A stretch of 64,000 nucleotides of DNA from Alphaproteobacteria bacterium. GTDB taxonomy: Bacteria; Pseudomonadota; Alphaproteobacteria; UBA828. The notes beneath the pieces were generated by a model. That model searched no databases, was not told the DNA's origin, and saw nothing but the letters and a program-made list of their open reading frames with translations. A program made the translations under genes and the position numbers. Location: NCBI GenBank assembly GCA_963422645.2, contig CAXXVO010000009.1:64001-128000 (forward strand), given 5' to 3'. Each line of letters begins with the position of its first letter. Position 1 is the first letter of the stretch. This document shows, piece after piece, positions 10,203 through 19,093 of the stretch.

Positions 10203-11927
10203 TCAACCGGAGCCGGCGGCAGCCGCGCCCTGCTTGGCAGCCTCTTCGGCCACCAGCTCCTTCTTGGAGAGCTTGCCGATGATCGTCTTCGGCAGCTCGT
10301 CGCGGAACTCGATCTGCTTGGGCATCTCGATGGGCGAGAGCTTGTCCTTGAGGAAGTCCGTCAGCGCCTCGGTCGTCAGGCTCTCGCCGTCCTTGAGGCG
10401 GACGAAGGCCTTGACAGTCTGCTGGCGGCGGGCGTCGTCGATGCCGATGACCGTCACCTCCTGCACCGACGGGTGCTTGTAGATCGCCTCCTCGACATGA
10501 CGCGGATAGATGTTGTAGCCGCCGGCGATGATGACCTCCTTGAGCCGGTCGATCAGATAGACGTAGCCGTCCTCATCGATGCGGCCGATATCGCCGGTGT
10601 GGAAGCGCCCACCGGCGAAGGCGCGTTTGTTCTCCTCGTCGCGCTTCCAGTAGCCCTTCATCACCTGCGGGCCCGAGATGCAGATCTCGCCGATCTCGCC
10701 TTGGGGCAGCACCTTCTCCGGATCGTCGACGGAGCAGATGTCGACCACCGTGCCGGGCACCGGCACGCCGAGCGAACCTTCGCGGCTGCCGCCGGGCGTG
10801 GTCGGGTTGCAGGTCGCGATCGGCGCTGTCTCGCTCAGACCGTAGCCTTCCACCAGCGTGCAGCCGGAGATTTCCTGGAACTTCTCCTGCACCTCGCGCG
10901 GCAGCGAGGCGCCGCCCGAGAGGCAGAGCTTGATGGAGGACAGATCGTACTTGCCCGCCGCGACGTCGGGATGGCCGTTGATGGCGATGTAAATTGTCGG
11001 CACGGCGGGGAAGAAGGTCGGCCGCTTCTTGTCGATGACCTTGAGCACGGTGTCGAGCTCGAAGCGCGGCAGCAGGATGATCTTGGCGCCGATCTTGATG
11101 CTGAAATTCATCACCACGGCCATGGCGAAGACGTGGAAGAGCGGCAGCACGCCGATCATGACCTCGGAGCCTTCGTCGGCGGCGGGCATCATCATCGCCC
11201 CCTGCGCGACATTCGCGCTCAGGTTACCGTGGGTCAGCATCGCGCCCTTCGAGGTGCCGGTGGTGCCGCCGGTGTACTGCAGCACCGCGATGTCGTCTTC
11301 GACCTCGACCTCGATCGGCGTCGGCCTGCCGGCGTTGTCGGTCAGCTTGCGGAAGAACACATGGCGGTCATCGCGCGGGATCTTGGCGATCTCGCTGCGC
11401 TTGACCAGGGGGAAGAGCAGCTTCTTGAGGCCCGGCAGCATGTCCGCCATGGGGCAGATCACCAGATGGGTAAGCCGCGTCTGGTCGAGCGCGATGCGGG
11501 CCTTGTCATAGAGGATCGAGAGGTCGAGGGTAACCAGGATGTCGGTCTCCGAATCCTCGATCTGGCTCTTGATCTCCTCGATGGCATAGAGCGGATTGAC
11601 GTTGACCACCGTCCCGCCGGCCTTCAGCACACCGTAATAGACAGCGACGAAGTTCGTGCAGTTGGGCAGGAGGATACCGACCTTGGTGCCCTTGCGGACG
11701 CCGAGCTTCTGGAAGCCCTCGGCCGCCCGGTTCGCCAAATCGCCGAGCTCCCGGTAGGTCGTGACTTTGTCCATAAAGTCGATCGCGGGGCGGTCTCCGA
11801 AGCGGGCGACCGCATCGTCGAGCAACCGCTGCAGCGGCGCCTTCGGCAGCGGCGCGTTCCAATCGACATTGTCCGGATAGGATTTCTCCCAGGGATGGGC
11901 ACTAACTTGCGCTTCGCTCTCCGCCAT
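10203..11927 (-). CDS. fadD: Long-chain fatty-acid--CoA ligase
   Basis: YTGGTTGTSKG, EGYGLSE, FHTGDIG, LPKTIIGKL; heads the fadD-fadA-fadN operon. Confidence 0.88.
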   Translation of the reverse strand: MAESEAQVSAHPWEKSYPDNVDWNAPLPKAPLQRLLDDAVARFGDRPAIDFMDKVTTYRELGDLANRAAEGFQKLGVRKGTKVGILLPNCTNFVAVYYGVLKAGGTVVNVNPLYAIEEIKSQIEDSETDILVTLDLSILYDKARIALDQTRLTHLVICPMADMLPGLKKLLFPLVKRSEIAKIPRDDRHVFFRKLTDNAGRPTPIEVEVEDDIAVLQYTGGTTGTSKGAMLTHGNLSANVAQGAMMMPAADEGSEVMIGVLPLFHVFAMAVVMNFSIKIGAKIILLPRFELDTVLKVIDKKRPTFFPAVPTIYIAINGHPDVAAGKYDLSSIKLCLSGGASLPREVQEKFQEISGCTLVEGYGLSETAPIATCNPTTPGGSREGSLGVPVPGTVVDICSVDDPEKVLPQGEIGEICISGPQVMKGYWKRDEENKRAFAGGRFHTGDIGRIDEDGYVYLIDRLKEVIIAGGYNIYPRHVEEAIYKHPSVQEVTVIGIDDARRQQTVKAFVRLKDGESLTTEALTDFLKDKLSPIEMPKQIEFRDELPKTIIGKLSKKELVAEEAAKQGAAAAGSG

Positions 11928-12129
11928 GCGCTCCGCTCCTTCTGCCCGGGATTCGCGGCCCCGCTCCGCCCTGTCCAGACGCGGGGAACACACTTTCGCG
12001 CACTATGGAAACCCGGTCTTCCGCCGTCAAGGCGGGAAAGCGAACGCAGGTTAGCTCCTCACCCGCCGGGGAGCGTTGACATCGAACAATGGGTCTCCAT
12101 TCTGGCGTTATGACGAGCGGCGGCGCGCG

Positions 12130-13755
12130 ATGCTGACCATCGGCAAGGACCCGGAGACCTGGCTGGTCCACCGCGTCCTCGAGCAGCGCGCGGCCGAGCG
12201 TCCCGACCACCCGGTTATGCACTGGTCCGGGCTGGACTACAGCTACGCCGCTATCAACCGCGAGGCCAACTGCATCGGCGCGGGCCTGGACTCGCTCGGG
12301 ATCGAGCCCGGCGCCCGGGTTGCCGTGATGATGCAGAACTCGCCGGCGCACGTCTTCGTCTGGTTCGCCACCGCGAAGCTCGGCGTCGTCGAAGTGCCGA
12401 TCAACACCGCCTACCGGGGCGACATTCTTACCCACATCGTGACCAGCGCGCGCGTGACCGCGATGGTGCTGGACGCCGAGTTCGTGCCCGTGGTCGCCCG
12501 GATCGCGGACCGTTGTCCGGGCCTCGGCACCTTCATCGTCTCCGGCGAAGACATCGAGGATGCGCGGCGCACGCTGCCAGGCGTCGTGCTCTCGCTGGAG
12601 GAAGTCGCGACGGGGGACGGCGCCGATACACCGCGCGCCGTCGAGGCGACCACCACGGCCTGCATCATGTTCACGTCGGGCACCACGGGGCCGTCGAAGG
12701 GCGTGGTCATCAACAACCACTTCGAGCTGTCGTTCGCCGTGGTCTTCAACGAGATCGTGGCGCTCCGTGCCGATGACGTGACCTACAACTTCCTCCCCTT
12801 CTTCCACATCGCCGGCAAGTTCATCACACTCGGCACCATGCTCGCGGATTGCCGGATGCTGCTTCGCCCGCGCTTCAGCGCGATCCAGTTCTGGCCGGAC
12901 GTGCGTGCGCACGGCGCGACCGTGACGGTGGGCGTGGGCGGCATCTGCCACATGCTCTGGGCCGCGCCGCCGCAGCCGGACGACGCGGACAACCCGCTGC
13001 GCATGATCTACTCGGTGCCCAATCCGCACGAGGTGCAGGAGGAGTTCATCGAGCGCTTCGGACTGCAGCTGACCGAGGGCTACGGCTCGACCGAGGCCAA
13101 CATCGTGGTCTACACCCGGCCCGACGAGCCGACGCCGAAGGGCACAGCCGGGCGTGCGGCGCCCTACTATGAGGTGGCGATCTTCGACGAGATGGACCGC
13201 CCGGTGCCCCCCGGCACGTCGGGCGAGATCGTGGTCCGGGCCAAGCACCCCTACGTTCTGATGGAAGGCTACGACGGCCTGCCGGAGGCGACGCTCGCAG
13301 CCTTCCGCAACCTCTGGTTTCACAGCGGCGACCGCGGCCACATGGACGAAGCCGGCTTCCTGTTTTTCCACGACCGGATGAAGGACGCCATCCGCCGCCG
13401 CGGCGAGAACATTTCATCCTTCGAGGTCGAGCGGATCGTCAACAAGCACCCGGATGTTGCGGAGACCGCTGCCATCGCCGTCCCCGCCGACGTGGGCGAG
13501 GACGAGGTGAAGATCGTGGTGGTGCGGAGCCCCGGCGCCGCACTGACGGAGGAGGCATTGCTGCGCCACTGCGCGGCCGAGATGCCTTACTTCATGGTCC
13601 CCCGCTTCATCGAGTTCAGGGGCGATTTGCCGCGCACGCCCACGCAGAAGGTGCGCAAGGTGGTGCTGCGCGAAGACGGCATCACGCCTGCGACATGGGA
13701 TCGCGAGGCGGCCGGGTTCAAGGTGACCCGTGACGGGCTCAAGCGGCGTCTCTGA
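12130..13755 (+). CDS. AMP-binding acyl-CoA ligase (CaiC-like)
   Basis: FTSGTTGPSKG, YGSTE, WFHSGD, IRRRGENISSFEVE, LPRTPTQK. Confidence 0.88.
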   Translation: MLTIGKDPETWLVHRVLEQRAAERPDHPVMHWSGLDYSYAAINREANCIGAGLDSLGIEPGARVAVMMQNSPAHVFVWFATAKLGVVEVPINTAYRGDILTHIVTSARVTAMVLDAEFVPVVARIADRCPGLGTFIVSGEDIEDARRTLPGVVLSLEEVATGDGADTPRAVEATTTACIMFTSGTTGPSKGVVINNHFELSFAVVFNEIVALRADDVTYNFLPFFHIAGKFITLGTMLADCRMLLRPRFSAIQFWPDVRAHGATVTVGVGGICHMLWAAPPQPDDADNPLRMIYSVPNPHEVQEEFIERFGLQLTEGYGSTEANIVVYTRPDEPTPKGTAGRAAPYYEVAIFDEMDRPVPPGTSGEIVVRAKHPYVLMEGYDGLPEATLAAFRNLWFHSGDRGHMDEAGFLFFHDRMKDAIRRRGENISSFEVERIVNKHPDVAETAAIAVPADVGEDEVKIVVVRSPGAALTEEALLRHCAAEMPYFMVPRFIEFRGDLPRTPTQKVRKVVLREDGITPATWDREAAGFKVTRDGLKRRL

Positions 13756-15118
13756 GCGGCGGCCCCACGCCGGCGCGGCATTCGCCGCCTACCAGGCGGG
13801 CCGAGGCGTCGAGGCGGAGGCCATCGGGCGCGCCATCCTCGCCCACGACCCGCGCGATGCCGGCGCGCACTATGTCTGCGGCCTCGTCGCCGCCGACCGG
13901 GGCGCCCTTGACCGGGCGCGCCAGGCCTTCGAGACCGCCGCGGCGCTCGCGCCCGACAAGGCGAGCCTGCGCATCACCCTGGGCAATCTGGCGCTGAGGC
14001 AAGGTGACGACGAGGCGGCCGAGCGGGCTTTCCGCCAGGCGCTCGCGCAGGCGCCGGGCTCGGTGGCCGCCCACACCAACCTGGGCGCGGCGCTGAAGCG
14101 GCAGGGGCGGCTGGAAGAGGCCGTGCAGTGCTACCGCGCAGGGCTCGCGCTCTATCGCGGCTCCGCCTGGTGGGGCACTGATCCGGCCGCCGGCACCGCG
14201 GTGCTCGACCCCGCCCAGCAGACGGCCTTCGAGAACGCTTCGCGCATCAAACTGGAACACGACCTCGCGCAGCTCGACTATCTGCGGGAGCGAGGCCGGC
14301 TTCCGCCCTCCCTTGCCGAGGCGCGCGAGAGCCTGCGCCGGGTGCTTGCCAATTTCGGCAGCGAAGACCGGCCGAGCGCGCCGCGTCCGCTTACAGAGGC
14401 CGAGCAACGGCAGATTTGCTCCATCTACAACCGGGTGATCTACCGCCCGCCGGAGGAGACGGCTACGCCCGCGCTCAACCCCCGCCTGGACGCGGACGCG
14501 ATCGAGTGGCGCTACCACCAGACTGCGCCCTCCGTCGTCGTCGTGGATGATCTGCTCAGTGCGCCGGCCCTGGCCGCGCTCCAGAGGTTCTGCCTGGAGG
14601 CGACGATCTGGTTCGACTGCAAGGAGCATGGCGGCTATCTCGGGGCCTATCTGCATGATGGCTTCGACCACCCGGTGCTGATCGCGCTGGCCCGCGAGCT
14701 CGGGGAGCGGCTGGGCGGCGTCATCGGCGGGCACCGGCTCTCGCAGATGTGGGCGTTCTCTTACGGGCAGACGGGCAGCGGCACGCGCAAGCACGCGGAC
14801 AAGGCCGCCATCAACATAAACCTCTGGATCACACCGGATAGCGCCTGCCCCGACCCCGAGGCGGCAGGCCTCGTGGTGCACGATGTCGCTGCACCGCCGG
14901 ATTGGGGCTTTTCGGACTACAATCTGGACCCGGCGCTGCTGGAGCGCCTCGTCGCGCAAGAAGGGCGGGCGCCGGTGCGGGTTCCCTATCGCTGCAACCG
15001 AGCGGTGATCTTCGATTCGAGTCTCATTCACGAGAGCGGCGGCGTGCGCTTCCTGAATGGCTACGCAAACCGGCGGATCAACGTGACTCTGCTCTTCGGC
15101 GAGCGTGCGGAGGGTTGA
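13730..15118 (+). CDS. TPR-repeat protein with C-terminal 2OG-Fe(II) oxygenase-like domain
   Basis: N-terminal TPR-like helices (AHTNLGAALKRQGRLEEAVQCYR); C-terminal KHADKAAININLW (HxD), FDSSLIHES, RRINVTLLF; start uncertain. Confidence 0.7.
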   Translation: MTGSSGVSERRPHAGAAFAAYQAGRGVEAEAIGRAILAHDPRDAGAHYVCGLVAADRGALDRARQAFETAAALAPDKASLRITLGNLALRQGDDEAAERAFRQALAQAPGSVAAHTNLGAALKRQGRLEEAVQCYRAGLALYRGSAWWGTDPAAGTAVLDPAQQTAFENASRIKLEHDLAQLDYLRERGRLPPSLAEARESLRRVLANFGSEDRPSAPRPLTEAEQRQICSIYNRVIYRPPEETATPALNPRLDADAIEWRYHQTAPSVVVVDDLLSAPALAALQRFCLEATIWFDCKEHGGYLGAYLHDGFDHPVLIALARELGERLGGVIGGHRLSQMWAFSYGQTGSGTRKHADKAAININLWITPDSACPDPEAAGLVVHDVAAPPDWGFSDYNLDPALLERLVAQEGRAPVRVPYRCNRAVIFDSSLIHESGGVRFLNGYANRRINVTLLFGERAEG

Positions 15119-15192
15119 GGAGACTCAGAGAGGTATCATCCTGTCCGGCAGCGCTACCGGCCCACGCAAGGGACAATCGACGGAGCAAACGA

Positions 15193-16602
15193 ATGCTTAG
15201 CCATTGGCTGACCGAAGCCGGCCTTTCGCTGGACGACGCGGCACCGGCGCTGGAAGGCGACGCGCGCGCGGACGTCTGCATCGTCGGCGGCGGCTTTTGC
15301 GGGCTGTGGACGGCGATCCGCCTGAAGGAACGCGATCCCTCCATCGATATCGTGATCGTCGAGCAGGGCCTTTGCGGCAGCGGCGCCAGCGGGCGGAACG
15401 GCGGCTTCGTGCTGAGCTGGTGGGCCAAGTTCGGCTCGCTGAGAAAATTCTGCGAGTCGGACGAAGCGGTCCGGCTTGCCCGCGCCTCGGCCGACGCCGT
15501 CGGCGAGATCGGACGTTTCTGCACCGATCACGGCATCGACGCGCACTATCGCGGCGACGGTTGGCTCTGGGCGGCGACCAGCGCGCCTCAGGTCGGCTCA
15601 TGGGACGCCCTGGTCAACACTCTGGAGCGCCACCAGCTGCATCCCTTCGAGCTCTGGGAGCCGGAGACGGTCAAGCGCCGCTCGGGCAGCGACAAGCACA
15701 TCGCCGGCGTCTACGAGCCGACCGGCGCCACCGTGCAGCCCGCTCTGCTCGCGCACGGCCTGCGCCGGGTGGCCTTGTCGAAGGGCGTGCGCATCTACGA
15801 GCGGACGCCGATGATGAGCCTTCACCGCGGCCGCCCGCCGCGCGTGGTGACGCCACGGGGCATCGTGACCGCCGAGAAGGTGGTCATCGCCATGAATGCC
15901 TGGGCGACCATGCTCTCGGAGCTGCGCCGGACCATTGTCGTGATCTCGAGCGATATCGTGACGACCCGGCCGATGCCCGAGCGCCTCGCCGCCTCCGGCT
16001 GGAACGACGGCATGTGCATTTCCGATTCCCGGACGCTTGTGAACTACTATCGCCCGACCACCGACGGCCGCATCGCCTTCGGCACCGGCGGCGGGAAGCT
16101 CTCCTTCGGCAACCGGGTCGACGACCGGTTCAACGGCGCCTCGCCGCGGGCCCGCCAGGTCGAGGACTACTTCCGCCGGATCTATCCCGATTTCGGCGAC
16201 GTTCCGATTGCGACCAGCTGGACCGGGCCGATCGACCGCTCTCTCAGCGGACTGCCCTTCTTCGGCCGCCTCGGTGGCCGGGACGACCTGCTCTACGGCC
16301 TCGGCTTCTCCGGCAACGGCGTAGGGCCGACCGCCGTCGGCGGGCGCATCCTCGCCTCCCTCGCTCTCGGCACGAAGGACGAGTGGTCTGAGTGCGGGCT
16401 GGTGCGCGAGGGCGCAGGGCTCTTCCCCCGTGAGCCGGTACGCTACGTCGGCGGCCGCATGGTGATCGCGGCGAACCGGCGCAAGGAGCGGCTGGAGGAC
16501 GAGGGCCGCGCGCCAGGCCCGCTCACGGTCAAGCTCGCAGGCCTCGCGCCTGCCGGCCTGGTGCCGGTGAAGGGAGTTGATGCGCCGACGGCGAAGGCCT
16601 GA
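15193..16602 (+). CDS. FAD-dependent oxidoreductase (DAO/PuuB-like)
   Basis: DVCIVGGGFCGLWTA, GSGASGRNGG, WTGPID, GFSGNGVG. Confidence 0.85.
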   Translation: MLSHWLTEAGLSLDDAAPALEGDARADVCIVGGGFCGLWTAIRLKERDPSIDIVIVEQGLCGSGASGRNGGFVLSWWAKFGSLRKFCESDEAVRLARASADAVGEIGRFCTDHGIDAHYRGDGWLWAATSAPQVGSWDALVNTLERHQLHPFELWEPETVKRRSGSDKHIAGVYEPTGATVQPALLAHGLRRVALSKGVRIYERTPMMSLHRGRPPRVVTPRGIVTAEKVVIAMNAWATMLSELRRTIVVISSDIVTTRPMPERLAASGWNDGMCISDSRTLVNYYRPTTDGRIAFGTGGGKLSFGNRVDDRFNGASPRARQVEDYFRRIYPDFGDVPIATSWTGPIDRSLSGLPFFGRLGGRDDLLYGLGFSGNGVGPTAVGGRILASLALGTKDEWSECGLVREGAGLFPREPVRYVGGRMVIAANRRKERLEDEGRAPGPLTVKLAGLAPAGLVPVKGVDAPTAKA

Positions 16603-16605
16603 GGT

Positions 16606-17559
16606 GTGACCACCGAGCCGCCGGCACAGATTGGGACCCTCACCGCCCACGACGGCTTTCCGCTCCGCACAGTCGTCTGGCCCGCCCCGCCGGGCGGCGG
16701 GCGGGGAACGGTGGTGCTGCTGCAGGGCAGGGCCGAGTTCATCGAGAAGTACAGCGAGACCGTGGACGACCTCAGGGCCCGCGACTTCGCCGTCTTTGCG
16801 CTCGACTGGCGCGGCCAGGGCCGTTCCGGCCGGGTGCTGAAGAACCCACGCAAGGGTCACGTCGTCAGCTACGACGACTATCTCAAGGACTTCGACCTGT
16901 TCCTGGAGCGGCTGGTGGTGCCCCAGGCCCCGCGGCCAATCGTGGTGCTGGCCCATTCCATGGGCGGCCACATCGTGCTCCGTCACCGGGCCGAGCACGA
17001 GGCCCGCGCCGGTTCATACTTTGCCGAAGGGATTGCCCTCTCCGCCCCCATGGTGGACATCCTGATGAACCCCGTCGAGCGGGCTCTGGGCGCGGTGCTC
17101 ACGGTCGCCGCCATGAGCGTCGGCCTCAGGAACCAGTACGTGCCGGCGCGCGGGACCTTCCCGCCGCCCTACGACGGCAATCCCCTGACCCGCGACCGCG
17201 CCCGGTACGCGCGCATGGAAACGCTGATGCACGAGAACCCGGCGCTCGCCATCGGCTGGCCCACGGTGGGCTGGCTCGCCGCCACCCGGCGCTCGGTGGC
17301 GATCCTGCGCAGCCGGGGCTATCCCGAGCGGATCGCGACGCCGGTGCTGATGATCAGCGCGGAGGCCGACAGGGTCGTCTCGAACAGGGCCCAGAAACGC
17401 CTCGCCGCGCGGCTGCCCGATTGCCGCCGGGAGATCATTCCCGACTCCCGCCACGAGCCCCTGATGGAGACGGACGAGATCCGGGCGCAGGTCTTCGCCC
17501 TCTTCGACGCCTTCGTGAACGAGGTGCTGGGGAGTGGGGCTCAGTCTCCCAACCGGTAG
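16606..17559 (+). CDS. Alpha/beta hydrolase, lysophospholipase L2 (PldB)-like
   Basis: GRAEFIEKY, DWRGQGRS, AHSMGG nucleophile elbow, RHEPLME. Confidence 0.85.
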   Translation: MTTEPPAQIGTLTAHDGFPLRTVVWPAPPGGGRGTVVLLQGRAEFIEKYSETVDDLRARDFAVFALDWRGQGRSGRVLKNPRKGHVVSYDDYLKDFDLFLERLVVPQAPRPIVVLAHSMGGHIVLRHRAEHEARAGSYFAEGIALSAPMVDILMNPVERALGAVLTVAAMSVGLRNQYVPARGTFPPPYDGNPLTRDRARYARMETLMHENPALAIGWPTVGWLAATRRSVAILRSRGYPERIATPVLMISAEADRVVSNRAQKRLAARLPDCRREIIPDSRHEPLMETDEIRAQVFALFDAFVNEVLGSGAQSPNR

Positions 17560-18449
17560 AAGCGCACCGCGTTGTCGTGGAAGAGCGCGCGCTGCTCGTC
17601 GGCAGAGAGGTCGGCGACGATGGTCTTGAACGAATCGTAGATCGCATCCGCGCCGCCATGCAGCGCTGCCACCGGAAAATCGCTCGCGAACATGCAGCGC
17701 TCGGTGCCGAAGGCGTCGATGGTGTGGCGGATGACGGGCCGCGTGCTCTCGGTCGTCCAATTGTGATCGTAGGCGCCGAGGTCCGAGATCTTGACCGCAA
17801 CATTGGCGGCGCCGGCCAGCGCGCTCATACCCGCACGCCAAGCGGCGATGGCCTCGTCGTCCCGGTCGGCGGGGCTACCGGTATGGTTGAGGATGATCTG
17901 CGTGTCGGGGAAGGCCCGGGCGAGGTCCAGCGCGTCGCCGAGCTGGCCCGAGTAGATCATCATGTCGAAGGAGAGATTGTAGCGCCGCAGCAGCCCGAAG
18001 CCGCGCCGCCAGGCCGCGTCCTGCATCAAGTCGGCGCGCTCGTGGAAGGTCCAGGTCGGATTCTCGTGCCAGCTCAGGATCTCGCGGATGCCCCGCATGT
18101 TTGAGTGCGCGCAGTGGGCCTCCAGCACCCCTTCGGCATCCGGCTCCTCGAGCAGGGCGTAGGCGACGATGCCGTGGGGGAAGCCGTTCTCGTCGGCGAT
18201 GCCCTGCAGCCAGCGGGTCTCGGCCACCGGGTCTTCGAGAAAGCTCGCCTGAATGTGGACCGACTTGACCAGGTCGATGCTTGCCATGTCCGCCAGGTAG
18301 TCGGCGAGCAGGTAGTCGCGGATGAGCGGCCCGGTGCTGCCGAACACCACCTCGCGCGGGCCGTCGGTGAGCCACGAATAGCGGCCCGAGCCCAGGTCCC
18401 AGAGGTGATGGTGGGCATCGATGATCGGGCCGTCGTAGAGGCTGCTCAT
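17541..18449 (-). CDS. Amidohydrolase_2 family protein (sugar-lactone hydrolase-like)
   Basis: IIDAHHHLWD, ILNHTG, VKIS, FGTERCMFASDFP. Confidence 0.85.
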   Translation of the reverse strand: MSSLYDGPIIDAHHHLWDLGSGRYSWLTDGPREVVFGSTGPLIRDYLLADYLADMASIDLVKSVHIQASFLEDPVAETRWLQGIADENGFPHGIVAYALLEEPDAEGVLEAHCAHSNMRGIREILSWHENPTWTFHERADLMQDAAWRRGFGLLRRYNLSFDMMIYSGQLGDALDLARAFPDTQIILNHTGSPADRDDEAIAAWRAGMSALAGAANVAVKISDLGAYDHNWTTESTRPVIRHTIDAFGTERCMFASDFPVAALHGGADAIYDSFKTIVADLSADEQRALFHDNAVRFYRLGD

Positions 18450-18507
18450 GGCCTGCTCCGCTCTTCGGTCCAGCGTGCGCCGATGGCCGCACACGGGCGC
18501 CCTCAAG

Positions 18508-18978
18508 TCAAGACGAGGGCGGCCGGCGCAGGAGGATGTGGACAATCTCGTAACTCAGCACAGCCTCGTCCCACTGGTTGCGGACGTCGTAGGCCATGCG
18601 CAGGTAGCCGCGGTCGGGCTTCGAGCGCGAGGGCCGGGTTTCGGCAACGGTCGCGATGGCGTGGATGGTATCGCCCGGCCGCGCCGGCCGATGGAAGCGG
18701 ACGTGATCGATCCCCGGCCCGCCGATGCAGGCCTGGTTGATCACGCCGAGCTCGTAGAAGAGGCGGAACCCCAGGGCCATGGTCTGGAAGCCGCTGGCGA
18801 TCAGGCCGCCGTAGGGGCCATCGGCCGCGCCCGAGGCGTCGACGTGGATTGGCTGCGGGTCGAAGGCGCACGCGAAGGCGACGATCTCCGCCTCGTCGAG
18901 GGTCCATTCGCCCGTGACGAAGCGCTCGCCCTCCTTCAATTCGTCGAAATAGCGCGCGGCCGCGGGGGGTGCCGTCAC
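18508..18978 (-). CDS. MaoC-like hot-dog dehydratase
   Basis: FDPQPIHVD...YGGLIASG hydratase motif; GTG start overlaps the TGA of the upstream gene fragment. Confidence 0.82.
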   Translation of the reverse strand: MTAPPAAARYFDELKEGERFVTGEWTLDEAEIVAFACAFDPQPIHVDASGAADGPYGGLIASGFQTMALGFRLFYELGVINQACIGGPGIDHVRFHRPARPGDTIHAIATVAETRPSRSKPDRGYLRMAYDVRNQWDEAVLSYEIVHILLRRPPSS

Positions 18979-19093
18979 AGCGTCGGGTTGTCGATCTCGA
19001 GCCCGTAGAGCATCCGCCCGTAGGTCGTGAAGTTCACGTCCTTGTTCTGGGTGAAGTGCTGATTGGCCACCATCATGTCGGTGTAGAGGTTGC

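Noticed and set aside
10095-12113. Long antisense ORFs (also 19073-20755, 23575-25689, 50175-52097, 54976-56649)
   Set aside because: Typical stop-poor shadow frames of high-GC genes with no recognisable motifs
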